This document shows, one piece after another, positions 10,415 through 19,192 of a stretch of 64,000 nucleotides of DNA; position 1 is the stretch's first letter, and the number at the start of each line of letters is the position of its first letter. Under the pieces are notes generated by a model. It made no database searches and was not told the origin of the DNA. It saw only the letters and a list, made by a program, of their open reading frames with translations. The position numbers were made by a program, and so were the translations under genes. Source of the stretch: Vicinamibacterales bacterium (GTDB lineage Bacteria > Acidobacteriota > Vicinamibacteria > Vicinamibacterales > JAMQPK01); assembly GCA_035281225.1 (NCBI GenBank), contig DATEEI010000097.1, forward strand, positions 16,496-80,495. Reading direction: 5' to 3'.

Positions 10415-11799
10415 CACCACATCAATCATTTGCGGGCAGACGTTCAGAGCAAGGTGCGGCGCTGGTGATGGCGATCATTTGTCTGTTTCTCATCACCGGC
10501 CTGGCGACAGCCATGCTCACGAGCGCACGAACCGAGCGGTTGATCGCCACCAACGAGGAACGGGCCGTGCTCGCGCGAATGGCGGCCGAGGCGGGCCTGA
10601 ATCACGGTATTCAAGTCGTCGCCGAGCACCTCTCCTCGTTTCAGTATGCGAACATCCCCGCGGCTGCCAGTGATCTCTTCGACGGCCCGGATGATATCGC
10701 CGGCAACACAGACGATGGCATCCTGTCGGAGTATGGCCTCAATGCTGTGAGCACGACGACGACGCTGAGTGCGTCAGACCGCACCACGTACGACGTGCGG
10801 GCCTACGACGACGATAACGCTACCGCGCGCAGCATCACCCAAAGCACGGACGATCTCGGGCGTATCGGAGAGCAGGATCCGGCGAACGTCACGACCGATC
10901 TCAACAGGCGTGTCACGGTGCAGTCCACTGGATATGGGCCGGCGGGAACGACCACGCGTCTCGAAGTGACTCTAGGCGCCGTGCTGTTGCCTGCAATCGT
11001 TACAGGAGGCAACCTTACGATAACCGGCAATGTGGACGTCGGAGGCACGCTCGGCGGCGTGCACTCGAACGGCGATTTCGTCATAAACGGCAATGCTTTC
11101 AGTGCGGAACAGAACTGCACGGCCAGCGGGACATCGAATGACAACTTTGGCAACTGCAGCGCAACGGGGATCAACGATGATGGCCGTCCGAGTGTGACGC
11201 TACCGAATGTTCAGGCGTCGGACTACCTGGACGAGGCGAGATACCGCCTGAATGCCGACGGCACCGTCCTCAGTAGAGCCACTCCCGGGGCAGCGCTGGT
11301 AGCCTGCACAGGCGCGTGTCTTACCCCGCTCGGTTGGACGTTCAGCGGTGGCACATGGACACCGGGGGGAAGTCCCGACTATGGCGGCTACTATGTCGAG
11401 GGCGACATTACCGTCTCCTCTAACATATCGAATATCTCCATATTCTCCACGGGGTCGTTAACCAGCAACAACAATATGTCCCCGATTGATCCCAACAATG
11501 GCAACGCAGCGATCGCCCAGTGGGCGACAACAGCGTTCCTCGTCCTGAACGGAGATTTTCTGTCTGGCCCCTCCAACCTGGGATTAGCAGCAAATGACGC
11601 TATCGGAATCATTCTGGTTCGGGAGCAGATACGCATGCACGGCAACCACAACGTTTACGGCCAGTTAATCGCCCAGAATGCTTCAAACCTCTCGAGCACA
11701 GTGACAAGCAACGATTTCAACGGAAACATCAACATCCAGTACAGCGCAACGGCGGGCCTCTCCTCCTTCAACGTCCTGTCCTGGAGAGAAATCCGATGA
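10411..11799 (+). CDS. large PilX_N-domain protein (GspK-like; candidate pilus tip protein), copy 1
   Basis: The ATG at 10411 overlaps the upstream stop (ATGA). 462 aa: MTPHQSFAGRRSEQGAALVMAIICLFLITGLATAMLTSARTERLIATNEE, then a G/N/T-rich repetitive region (GGNLTITGNVDVGG..). C-terminal LSWREIR. Confidence 0.75.
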   Translation: MTPHQSFAGRRSEQGAALVMAIICLFLITGLATAMLTSARTERLIATNEERAVLARMAAEAGLNHGIQVVAEHLSSFQYANIPAAASDLFDGPDDIAGNTDDGILSEYGLNAVSTTTTLSASDRTTYDVRAYDDDNATARSITQSTDDLGRIGEQDPANVTTDLNRRVTVQSTGYGPAGTTTRLEVTLGAVLLPAIVTGGNLTITGNVDVGGTLGGVHSNGDFVINGNAFSAEQNCTASGTSNDNFGNCSATGINDDGRPSVTLPNVQASDYLDEARYRLNADGTVLSRATPGAALVACTGACLTPLGWTFSGGTWTPGGSPDYGGYYVEGDITVSSNISNISIFSTGSLTSNNNMSPIDPNNGNAAIAQWATTAFLVLNGDFLSGPSNLGLAANDAIGIILVREQIRMHGNHNVYGQLIAQNASNLSSTVTSNDFNGNINIQYSATAGLSSFNVLSWREIR

Positions 11800-12329
11800 T
11801 GCGACACAGAATGCTCGTCGCGATCGTTCTGTTCGGCGCCGTTCATGCGGCGCATGGGCAGTCTCTCGCCGACGTCGCTGATAAGGAAGCCGCGCGACGA
11901 AAGACCATCAGCACCTCGGGTCGTGTGTACACGAACCAGGACCTGCCGGAGACGGCGAAACCCGCGTCCGCGCCAGCGTCCACGACCGCATCGGAAGCCG
12001 CGACCGCTACGCCCGAAGCCGAAGCATCCGTGAAGGAAACAGGCACAGTCGAACCGGTACGCCCGGCTGGAAACGACAAACACTGGCGTCAGCGTGCCAG
12101 CGACTACCGACGTCGCTTGAATGAAGCGCGGGGCCACGTCGCAGCCGTTGAAGGCCGGCTGGAGACCTTGCGCGCCGAGAAACAGACACCGGCTACCGCG
12201 GCTGAAATCGCGCTCTCGGAAAAAGATCTCCGCAAATTTCAACGCAATCTCGCATCAGCCGAGAAGAATTGGGCGCGTCTCGAGTCTGATGCGCGCGCCG
12301 CGGGCACAGCGGCCTTGCTACAGGAGTAG
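11796..12329 (+). CDS. secreted coiled-coil protein (paralog 2)
   Basis: 177 aa, start overlapping the upstream stop (ATGA). Signal peptide ..VHAAHG|QSLADVADKEAARRK..RVYTNQDL, then a T/A/P-rich linker and a helical C-terminus. Confidence 0.75.
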   Translation: MMRHRMLVAIVLFGAVHAAHGQSLADVADKEAARRKTISTSGRVYTNQDLPETAKPASAPASTTASEAATATPEAEASVKETGTVEPVRPAGNDKHWRQRASDYRRRLNEARGHVAAVEGRLETLRAEKQTPATAAEIALSEKDLRKFQRNLASAEKNWARLESDARAAGTAALLQE

Positions 12330-12491
12330 CCGGCCGCCTCCGACATCCACACCGAAGCCGCCCGTAACCGCTCACCTCGTTGCCGCTCACCGAGCGTCTC
12401 CGCACACAACACGAATCTCATCTTGCAAAATCGCTAGCAAATTCGCATGGCTCGATCGGCCGTGGTCTTGCACTATTTGGACGCGAACGAG

Positions 12492-13892
12492 ATGACGACT
12501 CATGGATCGTGCGCGGACGCACGTTCGGAACAAGGCGCAGCCCTGGTGATGGCAATCATCAGCCTCTTCCTCATCACCGGCCTCGCGACAGCCATGCTCA
12601 CGAGCGCGCGCACCGAGTCGTTGATCGCCACCAACGAGGAACGGGCTGTGCTCGCGCGGATGGCCGCCGAGGCAGGACTGAATCACGGCGTTCAGGTCGT
12701 CGCCGAGCGGCTCGCCCTCTGGCAAACCGTTCCGTTTGCGACGACTCAGCTCGCCGTAACCGACCTCCTGAACGGTCCGGACAACGACAGCGCGACCACA
12801 GCCGACAACGGCATCCTGTCGGAGTACGGCCTCAATGCTGCGAATGCGACCACGACGCTGAATGCCACGGAGGGAACTCGGTATGAGGTGCGTGCCTATG
12901 ACGATGACGACGCGGCGGCGCGCGGAATCACGCTAAGCAGCGTCGACCTCACTCGTATCGGAGAACAAAATCCGGCGACCAGCACAACCCCCTATACCGA
13001 CCTCAACAGCCGCATCGTTGTGCAGTCAATCGGCTATGGACCGGCGGGCACCAGCACGCGCTTCGAAGCCATGCTTGGCACGGTGCAGATGCCTGCGGTG
13101 GTCAGCAACGGCGACCTGAATTTCAACGGCAACGTGACCCTGGCAGGAGCGCAGGGCGGCGCCCACTCGAACAGCGATCTGGACATCGACGGCAACTCTT
13201 TCAGCGCGACGCAAAACTGCACGGCCAGCGGAGCGGCAACCGGGAACCTGACAAATTGCGCCGGAGGCACCAACGGCTCGTCATTTCCGACCCTCACCGT
13301 CCCAAACGTCCTGCCGACCGACTACCTCGACGAGGCGAGATACCGCCTGAATGCCGGCGGCACCGTCGAGATGAGGTCGGCCCCCGCCGGCGCGTTTGCG
13401 GCCTGCACGGGTACGTGTCTGACCGGTCTCAATTGGACCTTTGGGGGCGGCACCTGGACTCTGAACGGGACCCCGCCCACGGGCGGCTACTTTGTCGAGG
13501 GCAACGTGGATATTGCCGGTAGCGCCACGGGAGTGTCGATATTCGCGACGGGGTCGCTGACGATGAGCGGGAACCGAAATTTAGCGCCTCCTGCCCTTCT
13601 TAGCTCCGGCAACATTTGGGCAACCACGGCGTTTCTCGTTCTGAATGGAGACCTCAGCGTCAGTGGAACCCCCAACCTGGGAACCAGCGCGCTGCCGGGG
13701 CTCATCCTTATTCGCGAGCAGATATCGATGTCCGGAAACGTGACCGTTTTCGGGCAGTTGCTGATGCAGGATGCGTCAAACATCTCCAATACGGTCGGGA
13801 CCAACGACATCTCGGGTTCCGTCAACATCACCTATACCGGAGCAGGCGGTCTCTCCGCCTTTACCATCCTTTCCTGGAGGGAAGTCCGATGA
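12492..13892 (+). CDS. large PilX_N-domain protein, copy 2 (tandem paralog of 10411..11799)
   Basis: Start placed at ATG 12492 by alignment with copy 1 (MTTHGSCADARSEQGAALVMAIISLFLITGLATAMLTSARTESLIATNEE). The DNA is also clearly homologous from about 9 nt upstream of the start. C-terminal LSWREVR. Confidence 0.75.
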   Translation: MTTHGSCADARSEQGAALVMAIISLFLITGLATAMLTSARTESLIATNEERAVLARMAAEAGLNHGVQVVAERLALWQTVPFATTQLAVTDLLNGPDNDSATTADNGILSEYGLNAANATTTLNATEGTRYEVRAYDDDDAAARGITLSSVDLTRIGEQNPATSTTPYTDLNSRIVVQSIGYGPAGTSTRFEAMLGTVQMPAVVSNGDLNFNGNVTLAGAQGGAHSNSDLDIDGNSFSATQNCTASGAATGNLTNCAGGTNGSSFPTLTVPNVLPTDYLDEARYRLNAGGTVEMRSAPAGAFAACTGTCLTGLNWTFGGGTWTLNGTPPTGGYFVEGNVDIAGSATGVSIFATGSLTMSGNRNLAPPALLSSGNIWATTAFLVLNGDLSVSGTPNLGTSALPGLILIREQISMSGNVTVFGQLLMQDASNISNTVGTNDISGSVNITYTGAGGLSAFTILSWREVR

Positions 13893-14428
13893 CGCGACAG
13901 ATGCTGCTCGGCGTCGTGGTTGTGTTTGTCTCGGCTGACACAGCGCGGAGTCAGTCGCTCGCCGAGGTGGCTATGGAGGAAGAAGCCCGGCGAAAGACCG
14001 TCAATACGCAGAGCCGCGTGTACACCAACAAGGATCTGGCGGAGACCGTCAGCCCCAACCCGACGCCATCACCGGCAGCGGTAACCGCGCCGGACGCAAC
14101 AACTGGCAAACTCCAATCTGACTCGGCGACGAAGCTAGCCAGCACCGCCGGATCGATCGACCGGGATATCGAAGAGAAGCAGTGGCGCAACCTGGCGCGG
14201 GATTACCGGATCCGTCTCAGCGAACGGCGGGACCACGTCGCAGCGGTAGAAAGCCGGCTGCAGACTCTGCGAGCCGATACGCAGACACCTGCAGTCGCGA
14301 GCGAGATTCGGCTCGCAGAAAAAGATCTGAGAAAATTTCGATTTAATCTGGAATTGGTGGAAAAGGATTGGGCGCGGATCGAGGAAGAGGCGCGCAAGGC
14401 AGGCGCATCCGCCTTGCTGCGCGAATAG
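13889..14428 (+). CDS. secreted coiled-coil protein (paralog 3)
   Basis: The ATG at 13889 overlaps the upstream stop (ATGA). 179 aa: MTRQMLLGVVVVFVSADTARS|QSLAEVAMEEEARRK..RVYTNKDL. Collinear with paralog 2. Confidence 0.75.
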   Translation: MTRQMLLGVVVVFVSADTARSQSLAEVAMEEEARRKTVNTQSRVYTNKDLAETVSPNPTPSPAAVTAPDATTGKLQSDSATKLASTAGSIDRDIEEKQWRNLARDYRIRLSERRDHVAAVESRLQTLRADTQTPAVASEIRLAEKDLRKFRFNLELVEKDWARIEEEARKAGASALLRE

Positions 14429-14434
14429 CGCCCG

Positions 14435-15691
14435 TCAAACGACAGGAGCCATCGGCAAGACCACTTGAAAACTGGCGCCTCCAGACGCGGACGTCATCAC
14501 TTGGATCCGTCCGTTGTGCGTGACGATGATCTTTTGCACGAGGGCGAGCCCCAATCCCGTCCCACGCCCCTTCGTCGTCACGAACGGCCGGAAAATCCGC
14601 TCCCGATCTTCAGGCGCCACGCCCGGTCCGTTATCGTCGACGGTCACGCGCACGTTCCCCGCCTCGACTTTCCCATCGATCACAACCTCCGGAGCAATGG
14701 ACGCGTCGACGCACGCCTCCACCGCGTTCCTCAGGAGGTTGCTGAACGCTTGCCGCAGCAACACATCATCTCCCTGAATCACTGGAAACTCGCCGCGGAT
14801 CGTCACGTCGCCGCCATGCGCTCGCGCGTCGTTGCGTAGCTCCTCGGCAGTGCGCTCCGCGATCGCGCGAAGATCGACGGGTGACAACGTCAGCTGTGCA
14901 GGGCGCGCGAAGTTCAGAAAATTCGTCACGACCTCCCCGAGTGCTTCCGTCTCCTGTCGAATACCCAGCACATGGGGATGAAAGGAGGCCGGCACGACGT
15001 TCAGGTCGATCAAACGGGAATAGCCGTGAATGGTTGCCAGACCGTTCCGAAACTCATGGGCAATGCCGGCGGTGAGCTCGCCAACCTGTGCAAGGCTTTC
15101 CTTCAGGCGCAGCTGCTCTTCCATCTCCACGACGGGCGTGAGGTCCGTGAAGAGACAGATCACGCCGTGAGGCTCCCCCTGCTCGTCCGATAAAGGCGAC
15201 ACGCTGACGCCGAGATATCCAGGGGAGCTTCCTGCCGGCCCGACGCACAACTGCCGCCGGATAATCGGCTTGCCCGCATTGAGGCATTCTTCGATGACCA
15301 GCGCGAGCGGCGGGGGCAGAAGCTCTCGATACGTCCGCTCGAGGGTAGCCTCAGGCAAGTGCAGGAGCTTCCGGCCGGCCGGATTCAGGATGCGGAGCCG
15401 GCTATCACTGCCGACCACGAGCAGTCCGGATGACAGGCTCTCGACGATCTCGCTGCTGAGCCGCTCGGATGCCTCGGCTCGCGCCGACATCTCGCGTTCC
15501 TGCGCCTTGAGCTTCGTGAGCGCCTCGTGAAGGGCCGCGGTTACGAACGCGCTCTCGGTGGTGCTCTCGCTGAGCGAGCGCCTCGAATCTCGCGCGGCGG
15601 CGGCAAATCGCAGCACCGCGAGGATAAGGACGCCGACCAGGGCGGCCACGATGGCGGTGAGGCCGATGATGGCGAGGACGGTTGGATTCAT
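14435..15691 (-). CDS. PAS-domain sensor histidine kinase (NtrB/PilS2-like)
   Basis: 418 aa. N-terminal TM helix, H-box AHEFRNGLATIHGY, and N/G boxes NLLRNAVEA, DDNGPGV, GTGLGLA. Confidence 0.88.
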   Translation of the reverse strand: MNPTVLAIIGLTAIVAALVGVLILAVLRFAAAARDSRRSLSESTTESAFVTAALHEALTKLKAQEREMSARAEASERLSSEIVESLSSGLLVVGSDSRLRILNPAGRKLLHLPEATLERTYRELLPPPLALVIEECLNAGKPIIRRQLCVGPAGSSPGYLGVSVSPLSDEQGEPHGVICLFTDLTPVVEMEEQLRLKESLAQVGELTAGIAHEFRNGLATIHGYSRLIDLNVVPASFHPHVLGIRQETEALGEVVTNFLNFARPAQLTLSPVDLRAIAERTAEELRNDARAHGGDVTIRGEFPVIQGDDVLLRQAFSNLLRNAVEACVDASIAPEVVIDGKVEAGNVRVTVDDNGPGVAPEDRERIFRPFVTTKGRGTGLGLALVQKIIVTHNGRIQVMTSASGGASFQVVLPMAPVV

Positions 15692-15726
15692 CGTCGATCG
15701 TCGATCGTCGATTGTCGATCGTCAGT
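15692..15726. repeat. heptad array cgtcgat x3, tgtcgat, cgtcagt, filling the whole pilD-kinase spacer
   Basis: Read directly. 7-bp period from the base after the kinase start codon (15689-15691) into the pilD stop codon (15722-15724). Confidence 0.85.
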
Positions 15727-16483
15727 AGTAAAAAGAGGCATACCAGTCCACGATGCGGTCGCCCGCAGCCGCGGCGACGAGCGCGGCGACGGCGAGGAAG
15801 GTGCCGAAGGGCAGCGCGTATTTCATGTCGCCTCGTTTGAGTGCGATCATGCCGACGCCGACAATCGAACCGATGAACGACGAGAGAATCAACGTCAACA
15901 ACGTGAGCTTCCACCCGAGGAAAGCGCCGATCATCGCCAGCATCTTCACGTCGCCGAACCCCATCCCCTCCTCACCTCGAATCCGGAAGTAGGCCTCCCC
16001 CATCAACCACAGTGAGCCTCCTCCGACCACGATGCCAATCGCGGAGCTCAACCAACCAGGCGGAAGAAAGAAGCTGAGCAGAAAACCGAGCACGATTCCC
16101 GGCAACGTGATGCGGTCGGGCAGAATGCGATGCTCGAGGTCGATGACGAACAGCACGATCATCGCGCACGCGAACACGATTCGCGCGTATAGCAATGGCG
16201 GTGCGAACAGCAGGACAGCGGCGAAAAACACGATAGCGGTCACCAGCTCGATTGCGGGGTACTGCAAGGAGATGGGCGCGCCGCAGGCACGGCAGCGGCC
16301 ACCGAGCATCAGATAGCTGAGAACGGGGATGTTGTCGCGCGCGCTCACGATCGCGCGGCAATGCGGGCAACGCGAGGAAGGCCACACAACCGACTCGCGC
16401 AGAGGCAGGCGATGGATGCACACATTGAGAAAGCTGCCGACCACCAGCCCGAATACGGACGCGATGAGCGCGGACGCAATCAT
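15722..16483 (-). CDS. pilD: prepilin peptidase / N-methyltransferase (A24 family)
   Basis: 253 aa. N-terminal CPHC..CRAC zinc motif, a polytopic membrane body and GFGDVKMLAMIGAFLG around the catalytic Asp. Confidence 0.92.
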   Translation of the reverse strand: MIASALIASVFGLVVGSFLNVCIHRLPLRESVVWPSSRCPHCRAIVSARDNIPVLSYLMLGGRCRACGAPISLQYPAIELVTAIVFFAAVLLFAPPLLYARIVFACAMIVLFVIDLEHRILPDRITLPGIVLGFLLSFFLPPGWLSSAIGIVVGGGSLWLMGEAYFRIRGEEGMGFGDVKMLAMIGAFLGWKLTLLTLILSSFIGSIVGVGMIALKRGDMKYALPFGTFLAVAALVAAAAGDRIVDWYASFYY

Positions 16484-17415
16484 CTCAGAACAGGAGGCGG
16501 GGCCGATGCTGCCATCTCCGGTGCGGCGGCGGGCTCGGTGGGCAATGGGCTCAATGACGACCCACGCCCGAGGCCCACATCACCGGTGGCGGCATCCAGC
16601 AGATACGGTGTGCCAGTGGGATCGAGGGGGACACCACGCAGCAGGCCTGCGGTCACGAGCTCGTTCCACGACCGCGCGTTTCGTCCGGCTCTCGCCGTAA
16701 AACCCTCTGATACGCGCTGCAGTTCATCGATCTGATCGAGCGCATCCAGCTGCGTCAATCGGCGGTGCGACGTCTCCCGAAGCCAGGCACTTTCCGACTG
16801 CGTGAGCTGCTGCCACATGAAGCGGGAGGCTTGCCGATCGCCGCCTCGCGCGAGCATCACCGCCGCATACGTCTTCAACCACCATGGGGCGCCCGGCCGA
16901 TCTCCTCCACGCTTAAACCACTCGGCCGCCTGCCTGTAATCGTGGAGATGCCAGTAGTAGATGAACCCGATGTCGTGATAGTAGTCCCACTTGTCCGGTG
17001 TCCTCCCAATGCCCTTCTTGAGCAAGGCGATCGCCAAATCGGATCGCCCGGCGCCGTTCGGCCGCGATTCGGCGAGAAAGGGTGCGCCAAACCGGTACGC
17101 AATCACAAATTGCGGATCGAGCGTCGTCGTGAGGTCGAGCAATGGGTAGAGCAGGTCATAGGTCTTCACGCCCTCCGTCTTGAGGTGTTCGCGGCCGTAG
17201 TGCTGAAGAGCTCTTATCCAGTACGCATCGGCAAGTATGGCATCGTAGGACAGGGCAATCTTCTCGATCATGCGGCCCGAGCTGACATACAGGAGCTGGT
17301 TGTCGGTTGGGCCAGGAGCGTAGGCACGATCGCGTGCCATCTGCAGACCGGTCGCGGCGATCGCCAGGCATGCGAGCGTCATCGCAAACGCGAGCGCTCG
17401 AGCGTTCCGGGTCAT
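16480..17415 (-). CDS. membrane-anchored helical-repeat (TPR-like) protein; possible accessory protein of the pilus-linked ABC transporter
   Basis: 311 aa with an N-terminal signal/anchor (ALAFAMTLACLAIAATG) and W/Y-rich helical repeats. 4-bp overlaps with both the ABC permease and pilD. Function inferred from context only. Confidence 0.55.
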   Translation of the reverse strand: MTRNARALAFAMTLACLAIAATGLQMARDRAYAPGPTDNQLLYVSSGRMIEKIALSYDAILADAYWIRALQHYGREHLKTEGVKTYDLLYPLLDLTTTLDPQFVIAYRFGAPFLAESRPNGAGRSDLAIALLKKGIGRTPDKWDYYHDIGFIYYWHLHDYRQAAEWFKRGGDRPGAPWWLKTYAAVMLARGGDRQASRFMWQQLTQSESAWLRETSHRRLTQLDALDQIDELQRVSEGFTARAGRNARSWNELVTAGLLRGVPLDPTGTPYLLDAATGDVGLGRGSSLSPLPTEPAAAPEMAASAPPPVLR

Positions 17416-18218
17416 TTGAAATCCCGTCGCGCGAAGATGAATGTTGCCACGACCAGGAGCGCCGCAATGTAGACCAGCGCGTAGGCAGTGTTGAACAACA
17501 GGAGCCCTGCCGGCACGTGAACGCCGTGCACAACCTGGGCCTTGACGTCGAGCGGCGCAAGGTTCGGCAGAAGGTAATACATCGCCCGGGCGAGATACGC
17601 GATTGGTCGAGAGTCGACGACCGCTTCGAAGTTCTTCAGGTCAGCGTTGAAGTGACCAATAATGTAGAGCCCAAACGTGAGTCCCGCCGCCAGCATTGGG
17701 CTCGAGAACGTCGAGAACAGCAGAGCCACGGCTGTGACGATCATCAACTGGAGGCCGATCATCGCAATGGCTTTGAGGAGCGCCGGATCGAGGGCCGACG
17801 CTCCCCAGTGCGGCCTGAACCACGAGCCGTCCATCCAGGCCATCACACCAAGAACCGTGTAGAACGCCACGGTCATCACCGCAATGTTGACCAGGAGGGT
17901 CAGCACCAGACCGAGGTACTTTCCCATGACGAGCTGCCGGCGGCTGATCGGTTTCGCGAGGAGAGCATAAATGCTGCGCCGCTCGACCTCCTTCGATACC
18001 AGGCCAATGCCGATGAACACCGCGATGAACGACCCGAACAACGACATCGCCGCCAACCCGAGATCCTTGATGATCTTGATTTCCTGCCCGGCCGAGAGCT
18101 GGCCCAGCAGATAGGACACGCCCATCAGCATCAGGGCGAACAGCACGAGGTTGTACGGCACCTTGTCGCGGACCGACTCCCTGAAAACGTTCACGGCGAT
18201 GTGGCGAATCGCGCTCAT
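17412..18218 (-). CDS. ABC-2 type transporter permease (PilI-like)
   Basis: The real start, ATG 18216-18218, overlaps the ATPase stop. 268 aa, MSAIRHIAVNVFRESVRDKVPYNLVLFALMLMG..., with six predicted TM helices. The upstream part of the track ORF is a spurious extension. Confidence 0.8.
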   Translation of the reverse strand: MSAIRHIAVNVFRESVRDKVPYNLVLFALMLMGVSYLLGQLSAGQEIKIIKDLGLAAMSLFGSFIAVFIGIGLVSKEVERRSIYALLAKPISRRQLVMGKYLGLVLTLLVNIAVMTVAFYTVLGVMAWMDGSWFRPHWGASALDPALLKAIAMIGLQLMIVTAVALLFSTFSSPMLAAGLTFGLYIIGHFNADLKNFEAVVDSRPIAYLARAMYYLLPNLAPLDVKAQVVHGVHVPAGLLLFNTAYALVYIAALLVVATFIFARRDFK

Positions 18219-19153
18219 CTCGGCCGCTGCTTCTGGACCTGCGCAACAAAGTAGTCTTCCAGCGTTTCGCGAAGCGGGTTCAGCGAAATGAGATACGCGC
18301 CCTCTGTCATCAGATCCGTCAACAGGAGATCCGGCGTCGGGTTCAGTGGCAGCTCCAGCGCGTACTGGTTCTCGGCCACGCGCGCCACCTTCGTGATTCG
18401 ACCGGCATGTTTGTGGAGCGTGTCTGGAGAGAGCCCGCCCACGACCAGGTCCCAGCCACGGACCTGGAACGCATGAATTTCGGACATGCGTCCCGTAGCT
18501 ACCAGCTTTCCCTGCGCGAGAATCGCCACACGACTGCAGAGGGCTTCGGCGTCCGCCAGCACGTGCGAGCTGAAGAAGACCGTGCACCCGCGATCGCGGA
18601 GCCGCAGAATGAGATTGCGCACTTCCCTGCGACCGAGTGGGTCGAGACCCGACATCGGCTCGTCGAGGAACACGACATCAGGATCGTTCAGGATGGCCTG
18701 CGCGATCCCGACCCGCTGAAGCATGCCCTTGGAGAATTTCCGAAGGGGAAGACGACGCTCAGCCGCAATGCCTACCTCGTCGAGCAGCGCAGACACACGG
18801 CGGCGGCGATCCGCAGCGGCATAGCCGAACAGGCTCGCGAAATAGGACAGCAGCTCTTCGGCGGTCAGATAATCGTAGAAATACGGGCTTTCCGGCAGGT
18901 ATCCGATGCGGCGCTTCACGCCAACATCGCCCACAGGCCGTCCAAGAACTTCGGCGCGTCCCGACGTGGGATAAATCAGCTGCATCAACAGCTTGAGCGT
19001 GGTGGTCTTTCCCGCACCGTTGGGCCCAAGAAACCCGAAGGTCTCGCCCTGCTCGACGGCGAGCGTCAAACCCTCCAGCGCGCGGTAGGATCGCGGACGC
19101 CAGAACCCGACTGCAAAACTCTTCGAGAGGCTGTCGGTCTCGATCGCTAACAT
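18215..19153 (-). CDS. ABC transporter ATP-binding protein (PilH-like)
   Basis: 312 aa. Walker A GPNGAGKTT, signature-like FSKGMLQRVG, Walker B VVFLDEPMSGLD. Confidence 0.92.
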   Translation of the reverse strand: MLAIETDSLSKSFAVGFWRPRSYRALEGLTLAVEQGETFGFLGPNGAGKTTTLKLLMQLIYPTSGRAEVLGRPVGDVGVKRRIGYLPESPYFYDYLTAEELLSYFASLFGYAAADRRRRVSALLDEVGIAAERRLPLRKFSKGMLQRVGIAQAILNDPDVVFLDEPMSGLDPLGRREVRNLILRLRDRGCTVFFSSHVLADAEALCSRVAILAQGKLVATGRMSEIHAFQVRGWDLVVGGLSPDTLHKHAGRITKVARVAENQYALELPLNPTPDLLLTDLMTEGAYLISLNPLRETLEDYFVAQVQKQRPR

Positions 19154-19192
19154 TCGCCCTGTATTATCGACCGAAACAGGAAGGGGGAGATT

